From the NCBI GenBank assembly GCA_001724265.1, contig MEDY01000002.1, positions 124,001 through 188,000 on the forward strand: DNA of 64,000 nucleotides. Direction: 5' to 3'. The notes beneath the pieces are model-generated. The model ran no database searches. It was not told the DNA's origin and saw nothing but the letters and a program-made list of their open reading frames with translations. Of this stretch, positions 23,401 through 36,305 are shown piece by piece (the stretch's first letter is position 1; the number at the start of each line of letters is the position of its first letter). A program made the translations under genes and the position numbers. The stretch is from Rhizaria sp. SCN 62-66 (lineage: Eukaryota).

Positions 23401-26400
23401 CGCCGCCTCAGTCAGCGGCGCCAGCTCTCACTCCGGCACCGGTCACGGCACTGGCATGGGCATGGGTACGGGTACTCACGGGACGCATGGTGGCTGCACC
23501 GGCGCCTTCGCCCCCGTCAGAGTTGCCACCCCGAGCGCGATCAACTCAAGCCGCCTGGGCGCGCCCGGTGCTTTGGAGCGGTTGCGTACAAGCGAAGACG
23601 ACAGCCCCATGCTGTGGTCGCCGCGCGGCGGGTCCCGCGACCGTGGAAGCATCTCCTTCAGCACCGCCACGGCCACGCCAGGGCCCAGCGCGTCCCACAG
23701 CATCAGCCACAACCACAGCGCGGTCCAAGGTGGAGTGGCGTTTGGCGCCGGCGTTCCGCTGCCGCTGCCGCCCTCGACCCCGGGGCTGTCTATCCGCAGC
23801 GCGGCGCCCAGCCCGTTCCCCAGCGCCACCGCCACGGGCTCCGGCATGGGCACAGGGAGAGGCACGGGCGGCCGGCTGTCGTACGCGTTCCCGTCGGCGA
23901 CCACGCTCTCGGCCCCTCACTCCAGCAACAACAACAACAGCAACGGCAGCAGCAATATCGTCCTCAGCGGTGCGAGTGGTGGCTTGAATGCGGTGACGGC
24001 GTCTGCGTCTGCGGCTGTGGCGGCGCTCAACAAAGCCCTCGCTGCCAGCAACAGTCCCAACAACAACACCAACAGCAACAGCAATAGCAATAACAACAGC
24101 AGCAGCAACGGCGCTAAGGTCTCCGCCAGTGCGAATGTGAGCGTGAATGTGAACGTGGTACCCCCTGACTCCGCCGCTGCTGCTGCTGTTGCTGCCCCCA
24201 CGGGAAGCAAGAGCACCAAGAGCAAGCACCGCACGCACAAGCACAACAACAACAACAACAACGTTAGCACGAGCATGAACGACAAGCCCCACCGCACGAC
24301 TGCTGGCGACGACGACAACACCGGTCATCACAACCGCGGCGACGGCGACGACGGGGACAGCAGCAGCAGCGGCGGCAGCGACGGCGACGGCGATGACGAC
24401 GACGAAGAGGAAGAGGAAGACTGTGGCGATGAGAGCAGCGACCAAGTGTCTCACGTGTTCATCCCCACCGCCTCGGCGGCGCTCATCTCGTCCCCGGCGC
24501 CGCTCTTTCCCTCCGGACTAGGCCCCAACGGCGGCGCCGGCATGCCCGCAGCCCTGCGTCAGTCCTCAGTCGCGTCGTCGTCAACCTCGTCCTCGCTGAT
24601 GCCGCCGCCCTCACTCGCGCATCCTTTGTCGGTGCAGTCGGCTGCGCCGTCAACTGTGCTGCCGCCGCCGCCGCTGACGCAGTCGATGTCGTCAGCGAGC
24701 TCGCTGCCGTACAACAGCCACACCACGCAGAGCCAGAACAGCAACAACATCTCCAACAGCAACAGCAACAGCAATAGCAACAACACGACGACTAGCGTCC
24801 CTGTGCAGGGGAAGAAAGTTAAGTCGCCCGGGACTGCGGGCCACCGCAGCAGCTACACCGCCAGCAGCACCACGTACACGGTCGGCAACAACGGCAACGC
24901 GTTGTTCTTTGCGCCGTCCCAGAACATTATCATCACTGGCAACGTCACTGCTGTCACTACCATCATCAACGCTGGCAAGGAGAATGGAAGTGCTAAGAAC
25001 AAGACTCCGCCGTTGCCGCAGGCGTCGCGGCTCATGTCGCACCACTCTGCGGCCTCCGCTGCCTCCGCCCCGATGGGGATTGCGACGGACAACGGCGCCA
25101 GCAGCAGCAGCCCCACCGGCGGCGACTCCACGAACAACGGCATCGTCGGTCACGTCACGCTTGCCGCGGTCGCTGGCTCTGCGAGTAGCAACGCCAACAG
25201 TGGTCTCGGCTCTGGTCTCACTGGCTCTGGTGTCGGCGCAAGCGTGAGCTTCAATTCTGGCATCGAGAGCAGCCGCAAGACTGATGCTACTGCTGCTGCT
25301 GCTGCCGCTGCTTCTCCGACGGCTGTGGCTGCTGTTGGCTTCAGCGTCAGTGGGCTGCAGGGCAGCGTCAGCATGGGCTCCGTGCCGATCCCGACTAGAA
25401 TCAACAGCAACAGCAGCAACCACAGCGGCGCGGGCATGTACGCGAGCTTCGATCCCAGCAACTACCGCGGCAGCGGGGTTTGGGGTGAGAGCGTTGTCGT
25501 CGCCGCTGAGACTCCCGGCACTGACACGCGGGAAGTCTCCACAACCGCCGCCAACGCGCGTAAGAACAACGCGGGCAACAGCAACAGTGACGCCGACCTT
25601 GTGCCGGCCACGACTGCTGTCGGCTCCGGCAGTCATGCCAGCAAGAACGGCAGCGCGGCCGCGGCGACCACCTCCGCGCCCGGCTCCGCCCCCACTTCTC
25701 TCACGGTCACTTCGAGTGCCAGTGCCAGCGCCAGTGCCAGTGCCAGCCCAAGCGCGAGTCCCCCCGCTAACGCGGCGAGCAAGGCCGTCAGCAAGCTCGC
25801 GAACGCGGAGACTCTGGTGACTTCCCCCGGCCGCGCCGGTCCCGCGAGCTCCGGCACTCCCTTCATGAGCGACAAGACCGCCGCCCAGATCCTCGGTCTG
25901 TACCCGGTCCTCGTGGCGCCCGACGGCTCCATCACCGCCCCCGCCGCCCCCGCCATCGACGTCGACGGCAGCGTCAATAGTCTCGTTTTCCGCCAGCTGC
26001 CCCCCACGAACCTGGCCGTGGTCGGCCCGTCGTCGTCCGTCTCGTCGCTACACACCAACGCCGTGAGCACGAGCTCCGGCAGCACGGGCACGCGCACCGG
26101 TCCCCCGGGGCCCGTGCTGACTCCCACCACGGCCGCCGCCGCGCTCGCCGCCGTGGCCACGGCCGTGAACAACAACCCCAGCGGCGCCAACAGCACCGCG
26201 TCCCCGGCCAGCGGGTTGTATGCGCCCATGGGCACCGCGGCGATCGCGCCGCTGCCATTCCCGCTCACGCTCACCACGAGCGGCAGCAATGGCGTTAGCA
26301 ATGCAGGCAACAGCAACAGCGGCGGCAACGGCAACGGCAACGGGAGTATCGGCCGCCACATGCTGCCTCCGCCCAGCAGCAATCTGTCGCTCACCATCAC

Positions 26401-29400
26401 CGGCAGCAACGCCAACAACAGCAACAGCAACGACAAGACCCGCGACCCGCTGCTCTGGACGCCCGCCTCCGCGCTCGCGCCCATGCCGGCTCCGCCTCGC
26501 GCCCCGACCACGATCATCACCGGCACCCGCGGGTCCCTCACGAGTTCCGCCGCGTACATGCTCCACACCGAGACCGCCGACGCGTCCCCGGCGGCCGCGG
26601 CGGCCGCGCGCGCGGCTGCCCTGCCCGCGGCGGCCGCGGCGGCCCTGGCCAAGGCCGGCGACGCCGCCGCGGCCACTGCGGCGCTCATGGCCGCGGCTGG
26701 CGTCGACTTCGGCGGCGTCCCCGGCAACAGCAACGGCGGCAACAACACCGGCCGCAACGCCGCCAACGGGAAGACTGCCATGGGCGCCGGCAGCCCAGCA
26801 TCCCCCGCGAGCCCTGTCAAGGTCGGCGGCGGCGGCAACCGTTTCGGCATCGGCGGCGGCGACAGCAGCGAGAATGCAAACAAGAACAGCCACGCTGTGA
26901 TCATCAAGAGCCGTGAGTCGCTGCTGAGCCACCAGCAGCAGCAGAGTCAAAACAACGGCTACGCCGTCGACGGCAGCTACAACGAGATGCTTGCACTCGC
27001 GGCCGGCGCCGGCGTCAGCGCAAACGCGGTCGCTGCCGCCAACGCCGCTGCCGCCGCCGCCACTGGCGCTGAGCCCACCCCTCGGACGACGCGGACGACT
27101 GCGACAACGGCTGCAACGGCCGTTGCCACCGCCGCCGCCGCTGCTTTGCCGGCCACTGTCTCCCTCTCCGACTCGACTGGCACGACAAACAGCAACCACC
27201 ACCGCACGAACGCCGCCGCCGTCGCCGCCGCCACCGCCGCTGTGGGCGCCAATGCCGACGCTGCCGTCTATGCCATGGGCGGCCGCAGCCGCGCAGCCTC
27301 TAGCTCCACTGCCAACCGCTCTCTCCAGCAGCAACAGCAAGGGCAGCAGCTGCAACCGCCGTCGCTGTTTGGCCCCGGTGCCGTGTCCATCACACCCTCC
27401 ACCGCCGCGGCGTCCCTCAACACCCACACCCACGCCCACAGCAACAGCAGCGGCGGCGGCAATGCCAACGCGGCGATCCGGGGCAGTGTGAGCAACGGCC
27501 GCGGGTCTCGCTCCACTGGGAACACCGCCAGCGCTGACGACAGCGGCGGCGGCGGCGCGGGCGCGGGATCGCCGCTGCCGGCCTCGGTCGGCGCGCTTGC
27601 GCTGCTCAGCGGTCCGGGGGAAGACACGTCGCTCGTTGACCCGGACTCGAACCCGTTCATTCTCCTGCTCTCGCCCTGCATCTGCCCCTGCTATAACAAC
27701 AGCATCGGCAACGCTGCTGCTGTTGCGAACGCGAGTGCAAGTGCAAGTGCAAGTGCGACGAAGCGTGTGCACAGTAGGGGCGACGACGAGAGCATTTACC
27801 GCTCCAAGGCCTTCCGCGCACTTCTGCCCGCACTCACCGCCCGTGGCGCCGCCGCCGCAGAGGACTTCTTCACGCAGATCTCCGCCCTCAACAGCGCGGC
27901 CGGCGACGGCGACGCTGGCAGCGGTGGCGGTGACCGGACGACTCTGTTCGAGTTGTACCCGCTGGTGCGCGCCGTGCTGCACGAAATGCGCGAAGCCGCG
28001 GCCGAGACTGCGCGCGCGGGTGGGATCACGGTCGCTGTGGAGCCGCTGTTGGACTCGGACGCTGACTCGGAATCGGGGGACTCAGAGTGCGATTGTGACT
28101 CCGACTGTGAGTCCGACTGTGAGTGCGGTTGTGACCACAAGAAGGCAGGCACCACGGACGAAGAGGAAGCCAAGGACAACACCGACAGCTCCGGCCGCAA
28201 CAACAACAACTCCAACAGCGGCCGGAACAGCGCCAAGAAGCGCAAGCTTAAGCTGCAGCTGCGCCTGCGCGATCCTGCCGCTGGCGGCGTTGGCGGTGTG
28301 ACAGTCAAGTCGCGTGAGCAAGAGGAGCTGGAGGAAGAGCGTATGATGAAGCAGTTCCTCAACGCTAACACCAACAACAACAACAACAACATGAGCACGA
28401 GCGCTGGCGCTGGCGCTGGGAACAACAACTCGGCGACCAAGGGCAGCAGCTATAGCAATGGCAATGGTAGTGGCAGTGGTAGTGGTACGCACAATACCAA
28501 CGCTGGGAACTCTCACTCCAAGTCTAAGGGCGCTAGCCAGCCCCCTTGTACTGCATGCCCCTCGCTGCCGGCGACTGCGACCCGCAGCCACTACTCGGCC
28601 GCGCATGTCAAGCCGCCGCGCCGCGTGATGTCCTCCGCCCCACGCTGCCTGTGCGCGCCCCAGTCCTTCGGCCTCATGTTCGATCCCCTGCGCGGGAATG
28701 TCTTCGTGGTGACGCTGCGTTGGCACCCCTGGATCAGCGGGCTGTATGAGAACCCGCCTGTGATGCCCGTGTCGTTCGCGCACGCCCACGGCAGCCCCGG
28801 CCAGAGCTTCGGCGGCAGCAGCGGCCAGGCCAGCGCGAACGCGGCCGCGGCAACGGCGGCATACCTCAGTGCCGACGCCGCCGCCGGATTCGCCACCCCC
28901 GGTGCGCACCACTTCCAACAGCCGCTTTCGCTGACTGCCTCCGCCACCGCCGCGAGCCTCAACGCCAGCGGGTCCTACGAGGCGCCGCCGACGCCGCTGA
29001 CGACTGCGGCGACGCCGCTGATGGCAACCACGGTGCCCGGGGTCGGCACGTTCGCAGGCACTGGCACTGGCACCGGCACCGGTTCCGCCACGCCCGGTCC
29101 GATCCCGTCGAGCCGCCTCGCCTCGCCGGCGGCGCTGCTGGGCGCGCGCGCGTGCGCCAGCCCCTCGCTCGAGCTGGTTTCCTCGCGCGGCTACTCGCAG
29201 ATGCTGCTGCACCAGCAGCAGCAACTGCACCAGCAGCAGCACGGAGGCAGCGCCGCCGCTGCGGTCAACCGGCCGGGACACCAGCGCAACAGCTCGTTCA
29301 CGCAGCCAATGGGACTCAACATCGGCGGCAGCAGCGGCTCGCTCGCATCCCCGCTGCTGGCCCAGTCTAAGGGGCTGGGGGCACTTACACTGATGCAGCG

Positions 29401-32400
29401 CGCTCCCACCACGGCCGCCGCCACTGGGGTCGCCGGCCTCACTCTGGCCATCACCGCCAACGCCAACTCCGCGAACGGGGGTGCGAACTTGAACGGCAGT
29501 CTCAGTATTGGCAGCCCTACCAAGACCGCCGCCACCGACACCGGCGCTGGCACTGGCACTGGTAATGACAGCACGGGAGCGGCCGCAGCAGCGGCGTCGG
29601 CCCCGGTCAGGCTCTCTTCACAGGCCCAGACTCAGGTCCAACCGTTATCACAGTCGCCGGTGACCGCCCTTCCGCAACAATCTGTAACAGCCGCGCCCCG
29701 GGTCCCGATGTAGCCTATTCAACAGCAGCAACAACAACAGCAGCAGCAGCAGCAGGAGCAGCAGAAACAGCAGCAGTAGAAGCAGGAGCAGGAGCAGGAG
29801 CAGTCTGAACTGGGGGCGCAAGTGCTGACCACGACGGCGAGCCACAGCCACCCCCACTACAGCTCCAGCTCGAACTCTGGCTCCAGCTCAAAAGTCGTCG
29901 CGGGCCCCGGTGGACACAGCAGCAGCAGCCAGATGAGTATGGGCATTGTGTACCAGCACAGCACCGGCGGCGGTTTGGACAAGTTTCTCGTTGGTCACGG
30001 ACCGCTTTCGACCGACGGTGACTCGCGCGTGATCAGCACTGCTATGCCGCAGCCGCTGCAGGAACATCAGCAGCTGCAGCATGAGCGTGGCCGTGACCGT
30101 GAGCGCAACAGCTTCGTCGTCGCCGCCGCCAACAACAACAGCGGCGACAACAGAGGCACTTCGCCCACGTACTTGCCACCGTTCGACCACATCGGCACCG
30201 CCGTTGCGACACCAGCGGCCAACGCCACTGCGAGCACGACCGCCAGCGCCCCCCCTGCGCCCGGCACTGGCAGCGGGAGTCTCAGCGTGGCGCCCATGAC
30301 TGCCCGCACGCGAGCCGCGCTTTCGGCTATCACCGCGGGGGGCGCCGCCGCCGCGCCCGCGGTCACCATGGTCGGCATGATCGGCGGCGGCAGCGTCCGC
30401 AGCCCGAGCCACAGCCCCGTGGAAAACAGCAACGGTTCACAGTCGCTGGCGCAGTCCACCGTGCCGCCCTCTGTCCCGCCTGCCGGCTCCGGGGTTTCCG
30501 CCGGACTCAGTCTCGGCTCGGGGGCGATGCTGCTGCTGCCGCTGCCTGCAAACGCCAGCGCAAGTGGCGGAGGCAGTGGGCTCACTGTCAATTCGGTGCA
30601 CCCGACGCCTAGCACGCGTCCCCGCGGTCTCACGCCAGGTATGTCGAACGAAATTACATATCTTTGCCTATACAATCTGAAGTAGTAATCAATTGTGCAT
30701 TTGTGTATTCCCCGTCTATTCTCTTGTTTTGTCCCGATCTGAGCTTATCTTTGTCTATTTTGCGTTTGTTTCGTTTGTTTTCTCGACTTTAGGTCCGAGC
30801 GCGCGCTACCAGACCGGCTCGTTCCGTGACTTGTCTCTGCAGCGCGCCGCGGCCGCCGCGGCCGCCGCTGCCAACGCCGCCGCCGCAGTCGCCGTCGCCG
30901 TCAACGGCAGCGGTCCTGTCTACGGCACCAGTCCGCTTGCGAGCAACAATGGCAACGGCAACGGCACCAGCAGTGCGAACAACGCCAACGGCAACGGCGG
31001 CTTTGGCGAGCTGATGGTGGCGGTGAGCAGCAGCAGCAACAGCAGCTCGAACTTCCACTACGTCTACTCCAGCCCCAACAACGCTGCTAACGCCGCCACG
31101 CCCTCCCAGGGCCAGCCGCAGCTGTCGCAGTCACATTCGCACTCTCACTCCCATTCGCAGCCGCAGCAGCCGCCGCGGCTGTCAGTGTCCGGCGCCGTCA
31201 CTACCACGGCCGTTTCCGCGGCCAATGCGCTGGGCCAGTCCGTCGGCAGCGTCGGCGGCGGCGCCGGGGGCGGCGCGGGCGGACTCGGCGGCAGCGCCAC
31301 CGTCGCCCTGCCGGTCTCGGCCGCCGCCAACAACACCGCTCACCCCAGCAGCAGCAACGCTAACGCGCACGGCAACGGCAACGGTAACGCAAACGTTGCC
31401 GGCTCTGTGTCGAACAACACGACGGCGACGGACAGCGGCCACAGCAGCAACCAGAGCAGTTTCGCCGACAGCTACATCAACCCCCACGCGCACACGCAAA
31501 GTCTCGCCGCAGCCCACGGTCATCTCGCGGGGGGCGGCATGAACCCGCCGCAGCAGCCGCAGCCGCTGCATTACGCTCGCGATACGCCGTTCGTCCTCAC
31601 GAAGCAGGCGTCGACGTCGAGTGCGGCGTCGTCGTTCGTGGGCTCGATGGCGTCCTCCGCAGTCGCGTCGTCTTCGGCCGCGGCCGCGGCCACCTCGACT
31701 GCGGCGGCGCTGGCGGCGGCGGCGATGCAGAACTACCACGCGCAGCAGCAGCAGAAGCTCTACCAGCAGCAGCAGCAACAGCAGCAGAATCAGCGCGCGC
31801 ACCGCGCCAGTGCCAGTAGCGCTACAGTTATCACCAAGCACATCAGCGCCGCCGTGGACGGCAGCCCCACCGGCCCCGGCCCCACCGGCGCCGGCCCCGC
31901 CGGCACCGGCAGCACTGGCGGCGTGAGCGCGGGGATTGGCGGCGGCAGAAACGGTAGAAACGGCGCTGCTGCGGCCTCTATGGGTGCGAACAGCTATCAC
32001 CAGCGCCACAGCCATAGCCACGTGCAGCCGCAGGCGTACCTTTACGGAGGCGTCAACGTCGCCAGCTTAACGTCCACTGGCCCTGGCGGCGGCAGCGGCA
32101 GCGTCGGCATCAGCAACAGCAACACCGTCGCTGCTGGTGCCGTTGCCGCTCCCTCTGGAGGCGGCCCAACTTCCTCCTCGGCCTCGATGCAGAGCGGCTT
32201 AGCTTCCCCGATCCGCACCCCGCGCTACATCTCTGCGCCGCCCGGTGGCGCCACGGTCTCCGCCGTGTCAAACCACAACGCCCACACGCTGACTGCAATC
32301 AACACGCTTGCTGGCATCCCTCCCGGCTCCGCTGGCACCGCTGGCAATGGCAATGCCAACGGGTATCTGTCTCCGCGTGGTTCGATGCTTGCCCGCGGCA

Positions 32401-33467
32401 CGAATAACGGCACCCCAGGCCTCCCTGGCGCTATCATCACTAACGCCGCTGCCTTGAACGTCACCACTGCTGGTCTTGTTGTTTCTCCCGTCTCCGCCTC
32501 TGCGGCGACTGCTGGTGCGTCGCTAGTCTCGCCAATGAACAGCATCAACACCAACAACAATACCAACAATGGCGCCGGCAGCAGCGGCGCCAACGCCAAT
32601 GCGAACCCCATCAGCCCCAGAAGTATCCTCGTTAACGGTAATGTCAATGGGAATAATAGCAATGTCGTGAGTCCCGTCTCCGCCCGCGGCGTCAGCAGTA
32701 GCGGTGCCATCCCCGGCCTCGGCATGGGCGCTATGGGCGGTTACGTAACACCACGGCGCCCGCCGCCGTCGCCGTCTGCCGCGCCTGCGATCCCTCAGTT
32801 CCAGCAGATGCATTTGCTGCAGCAACAGCAATCGCAGATGCACCTGCTCCAACAACAGCAACAGCAGCAGATGCCGATGCACATGCACTTGCATCACCAG
32901 CACTCTTTGACGCACGGTCTCTACCCCACCGCCCCGTTAAGCTCCCCCGCGCTCGCCCACGGTCACCTTGGTCCCCCGGGCCTCGGCCATCACGGTCACG
33001 GCCACATGAGCTCGCCGCTGCACCCGTCACACGCACACGCCGCCGCCGCCTACGCGCATGCACAGGCACAGGCGCAGGCGCAAGCGATGGCGCAGGCGCA
33101 GGCGCACGCACACGCGCAGGCACAGATGCAGATGATGCAGCGCATGCACAGTATGCAGAGTATGCAGCAGCTCCATCTCCAGCAGCAGCAGTACGCGGCC
33201 GCCGCCGCCGCTGGCACTGCGAGTGGACAGTTGAGTGCGCGGACGCCGTGGTACCGGCCGCCGCCGTCGCCGACCTCGGCTTCGATGTCGGCCAGCTCGG
33301 CCGCCACGGGCAACCAAGGCGGGCTGATGCCCACGCCGCTGTCTATGTCCGCCTCCGCCGGCGCCAACGCTGCTGCCACCGCCAACGCCGGTCACCACGG
33401 CGGCGGCAACAGCGGCACCGTGGGCACTAAGACGCCGCTGGTGTCGGCACGCAGGGCTAACATCTAA
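20441..33467 (+). CDS. Giant low-complexity protein of unknown function with a predicted N-myristoylation/palmitoylation start (MGCIQSK). 4290 aa with read-through of TAGs at 29711 and 29777. Exons 20441-30638, 30793-33467
   Basis: 9.3-kb open frame, two in-frame TAGs around a poly-Q tract, then the same frame continues. One AT-rich phase-1 intron (GTATGT 30639...TTTAG 30792) joins it to ORF 30693-33467. TAA stop followed by T-rich DNA. Confidence 0.8.
29711..29779 (+). other. Two in-frame TAGs (29711-29713, 29777-29779), putatively recoded. Context PM*PIQQQQQQQQQQQQEQQKQQQ*KQEQEQEQ
   Basis: The second TAG directly follows CAG CAG CAG. The frame continues into ORF 29822-30685. Confidence 0.8.
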
Positions 33468-36208
33468 GTACCCCCTTAGACCTTAGACCTGAGACGGTGA
33501 CTAATCATGGCTCGCAGCTCGCAGGCGATTGCTGTGGACTTATAAAGACGTGAACCACTTCTAACATGTCTGCGTTGGAGCGTGTTTTTTTCTGCAAATT
33601 CTTTCTGGCAACCACTAGTCGTACGTTAACGGCTGGATACGAACTTGTTGCTTTAAGGTCTCTTTTCGTCGTATATTTCTTCACGAGTGTTTTATTATGC
33701 CTCAAAAGCCGCCGCTTGATCACGATGCTAAAGAGGGTGAAAGCCGCAAGCCAATTACGTGGCACTATTGTTGTGTGTGCCGCCACTTCGCTCCCGATTT
33801 TTCCTCTTTTGCAACGTCATCGTGTTGCTAGACTGCTGTCTTAGCGGTTATTCGTGCTTTTTCTTCTTATATGTCTGTATGTATGTTTATCACCATGCTG
33901 TATTCCTTGATCCATTCTTTCAGTGAGCTACTTTCATCGTGATTCCCCCATCGTCCCCAATATCTGTGTGTATTTTTTCATCTCACCTTCATATGGTATG
34001 CTTTTATTTTTATGACAGGTTTTGTTACATACGCCTTGTTTTATCTTGTTTCGTGATTGTGATCATCGTCGCCCTTTTACCACACGGACCCCTCCCACTC
34101 TCAGTTAGACGTAATTTTTAAGTTTTTCCTTTGCTCCGTGATGTATTTGCTTCTGTGTTCACATTATCAGCAAAAGCAGCTCCTCTGATTCTTCCGTCAC
34201 AATTGTAGTTGCAATTTCTGGCGTGCATACTAGTCGCTGCTATTTGTCGCTGTATTGTTGTCCTCATCCTTCTTGCCTTTCTTTCTCAGTAATCTAAAGC
34301 AACGAAGAACGGCCTGTATCTATACTCGCCCCGTGATAGCAAGACCAATAGCCGAGTGTTGTACTCGCATAATTATTGCTTTATTTGACATCACGTCAGA
34401 AATGATATTCGTTTGCATTAGAAATCGATTAACAATATTGTTCTTTTGCGCCATCACCTTTCACAGAGTCACCCAGTACTCACAGCCCGCACACTCAGTC
34501 ATCCAAATGCAACACTGATGTCGGACGTATAGTAAAAGCCGCCTTTCTAGCCGCCGCTGTTGTTGTCGTCATCTCCACTCACGCACACCTGTCTCGAAAG
34601 TACTCCCCAGAAGCACTGGTTACACCCAGGCACGTGCATTTGTATGAGTACTATCAAAACTAGTGGCCTGTGGAGCAAACGCAGCGCACGCCGCCGCTGC
34701 AACTGCCGCCTATCTGGACATTGCACTGTTTTTCCTCACACTGGAGCTTCAAATTGCAGCTACGGTGAAGTGTCTCTCTGCCCTGTCTCCCTCTTATCCT
34801 TTCTTTCTTATCGTCATAGGCCTCACCATAGGTTTCAATGTCTCATTTCTATCTCGGCCTATCGCGTCGCCTTTGTCAACTTTTTCGTCTCGCGTCGATT
34901 TTGTTTCTGTATTTTATCTGTGCTTGTGTGCTTTTTCTTCAGCCCGGTATTGGGGTAAATTTCGTCCAGATTGTCTTTGCGTTTTCCTCCTGTGTAAGTG
35001 TCTCTGTGTGTAGCAAATATGTTATGCTGGCTGAATGCGTGTTGCTTTACTCGCTTCCCTCGAACACATCTTTCGCAGAACTCTTCACAACACGCGAATT
35101 ATACTGTTTTCTGTGCTGCCATTGTGCCATGACGCGGTGCCGCTTCGAACAGTAAGTGTGCTCCTACATCTTGGGAGTTGACACTTAAAAAAGACATGTC
35201 ATGTTTATCCTATTCCTCAATCATTTTTGTGCTGTCGACGGTTTTATGTTGCTTATGTTTGCACGTGTGTCACTTCTGTGACGCTGCTTTTGCTTCGTGA
35301 CTGTTGACTTTGTTGGAGTATGCTTCGTGATGCGCTCTTGTTGCCGTGCTTTCTGAAACGGCCACAATTCGCGGCGCGAACAAGATGTTTACACAGAGAT
35401 CAATCAGAAGCTAAGGCATTCACAGAATGTGCCACATAATTAACTTGTGTTCTTTGTTTTTGCTTTCGTAGTATCTTCAAAGAAACATAATTAGAACTAA
35501 CGTTAATCGGAACTAAAGACAGCATCCACGGGGACGCCTAGAACGACACCACGAAAACGCCACTGCATTGCTGTGCACAATACCGTGATCGTTTTTTTGT
35601 GGATTGTTGTGTCGTCTTTGTGGTGCTTTTTCTTTCACTTGTTGTTCTTTTTTTCAGTCAAATGCCGACAGCTTTTCTTGTCGACACTTTGCATCCTTCC
35701 GTTTATAACACCTACACTGCTAGTGACTCGCACATGTAACCTATCATAGGTACGCTCTCGTACGAGAGGGCTGTGTCATATCTTTTGAGCTTAATCACTG
35801 ATTCCCCTTGATCGATTCTTTTTTTTTCTTGTTCCGGCCTCACATCGAGTAAGGGCAATCTTTACAAGCGGCTTCATTTTGTTGTGATTTTAGTTTAAAA
35901 AGAGCTGTCACATTGCTGAGTCCGACAGTTTATTTGTTGAATTCCCGTTCTTGTTGTCCTCTGTCCTTCAATGTATCCTTTTTTTCACTATTTCGTTTCT
36001 TTCTTATCTGTTTCGTAGTTTCGTTACACCGCACAATCAACCAGTAACGTTAACGCTATTTATGCGTACACGTACTTGGTGACTCACCGATGTGTGGCGT
36101 CGCAATTGCTGATGTCGCTGCTGTGTTTTATTTGTTCTTTGAGGGACGGACTAGACCTCGCCTCGCAAATTGTCCTGCCTTCCTGTCTTGTTTTTGTTGT
36201 TGTTTTTT

Positions 36209-36232
36209 TGTCTGTCTGTCTGTATGTCTGTT

Positions 36233-36299
<67 letters not shown>

Positions 36300-36305
36300 A
36301 TGTCT
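36209..36305. repeat. (TGTC)n tetranucleotide microsatellite with TGTT/TGTA variants
   Basis: Directly visible tandem array of about 24 units. Confidence 0.95.

Noticed and set aside
27653-27890. Possible caspase/metacaspase-like resemblance of PFILLLSPC and SIYRSKAFRALL...EDFF
   Set aside because: The similarity is impressionistic and no catalytic His-Gly motif could be placed, so the region is left unassigned.
35755-35768. 14-bp palindrome CTCTCGTACGAGAG
   Set aside because: A few palindromes of this length are expected by chance in 64 kb.
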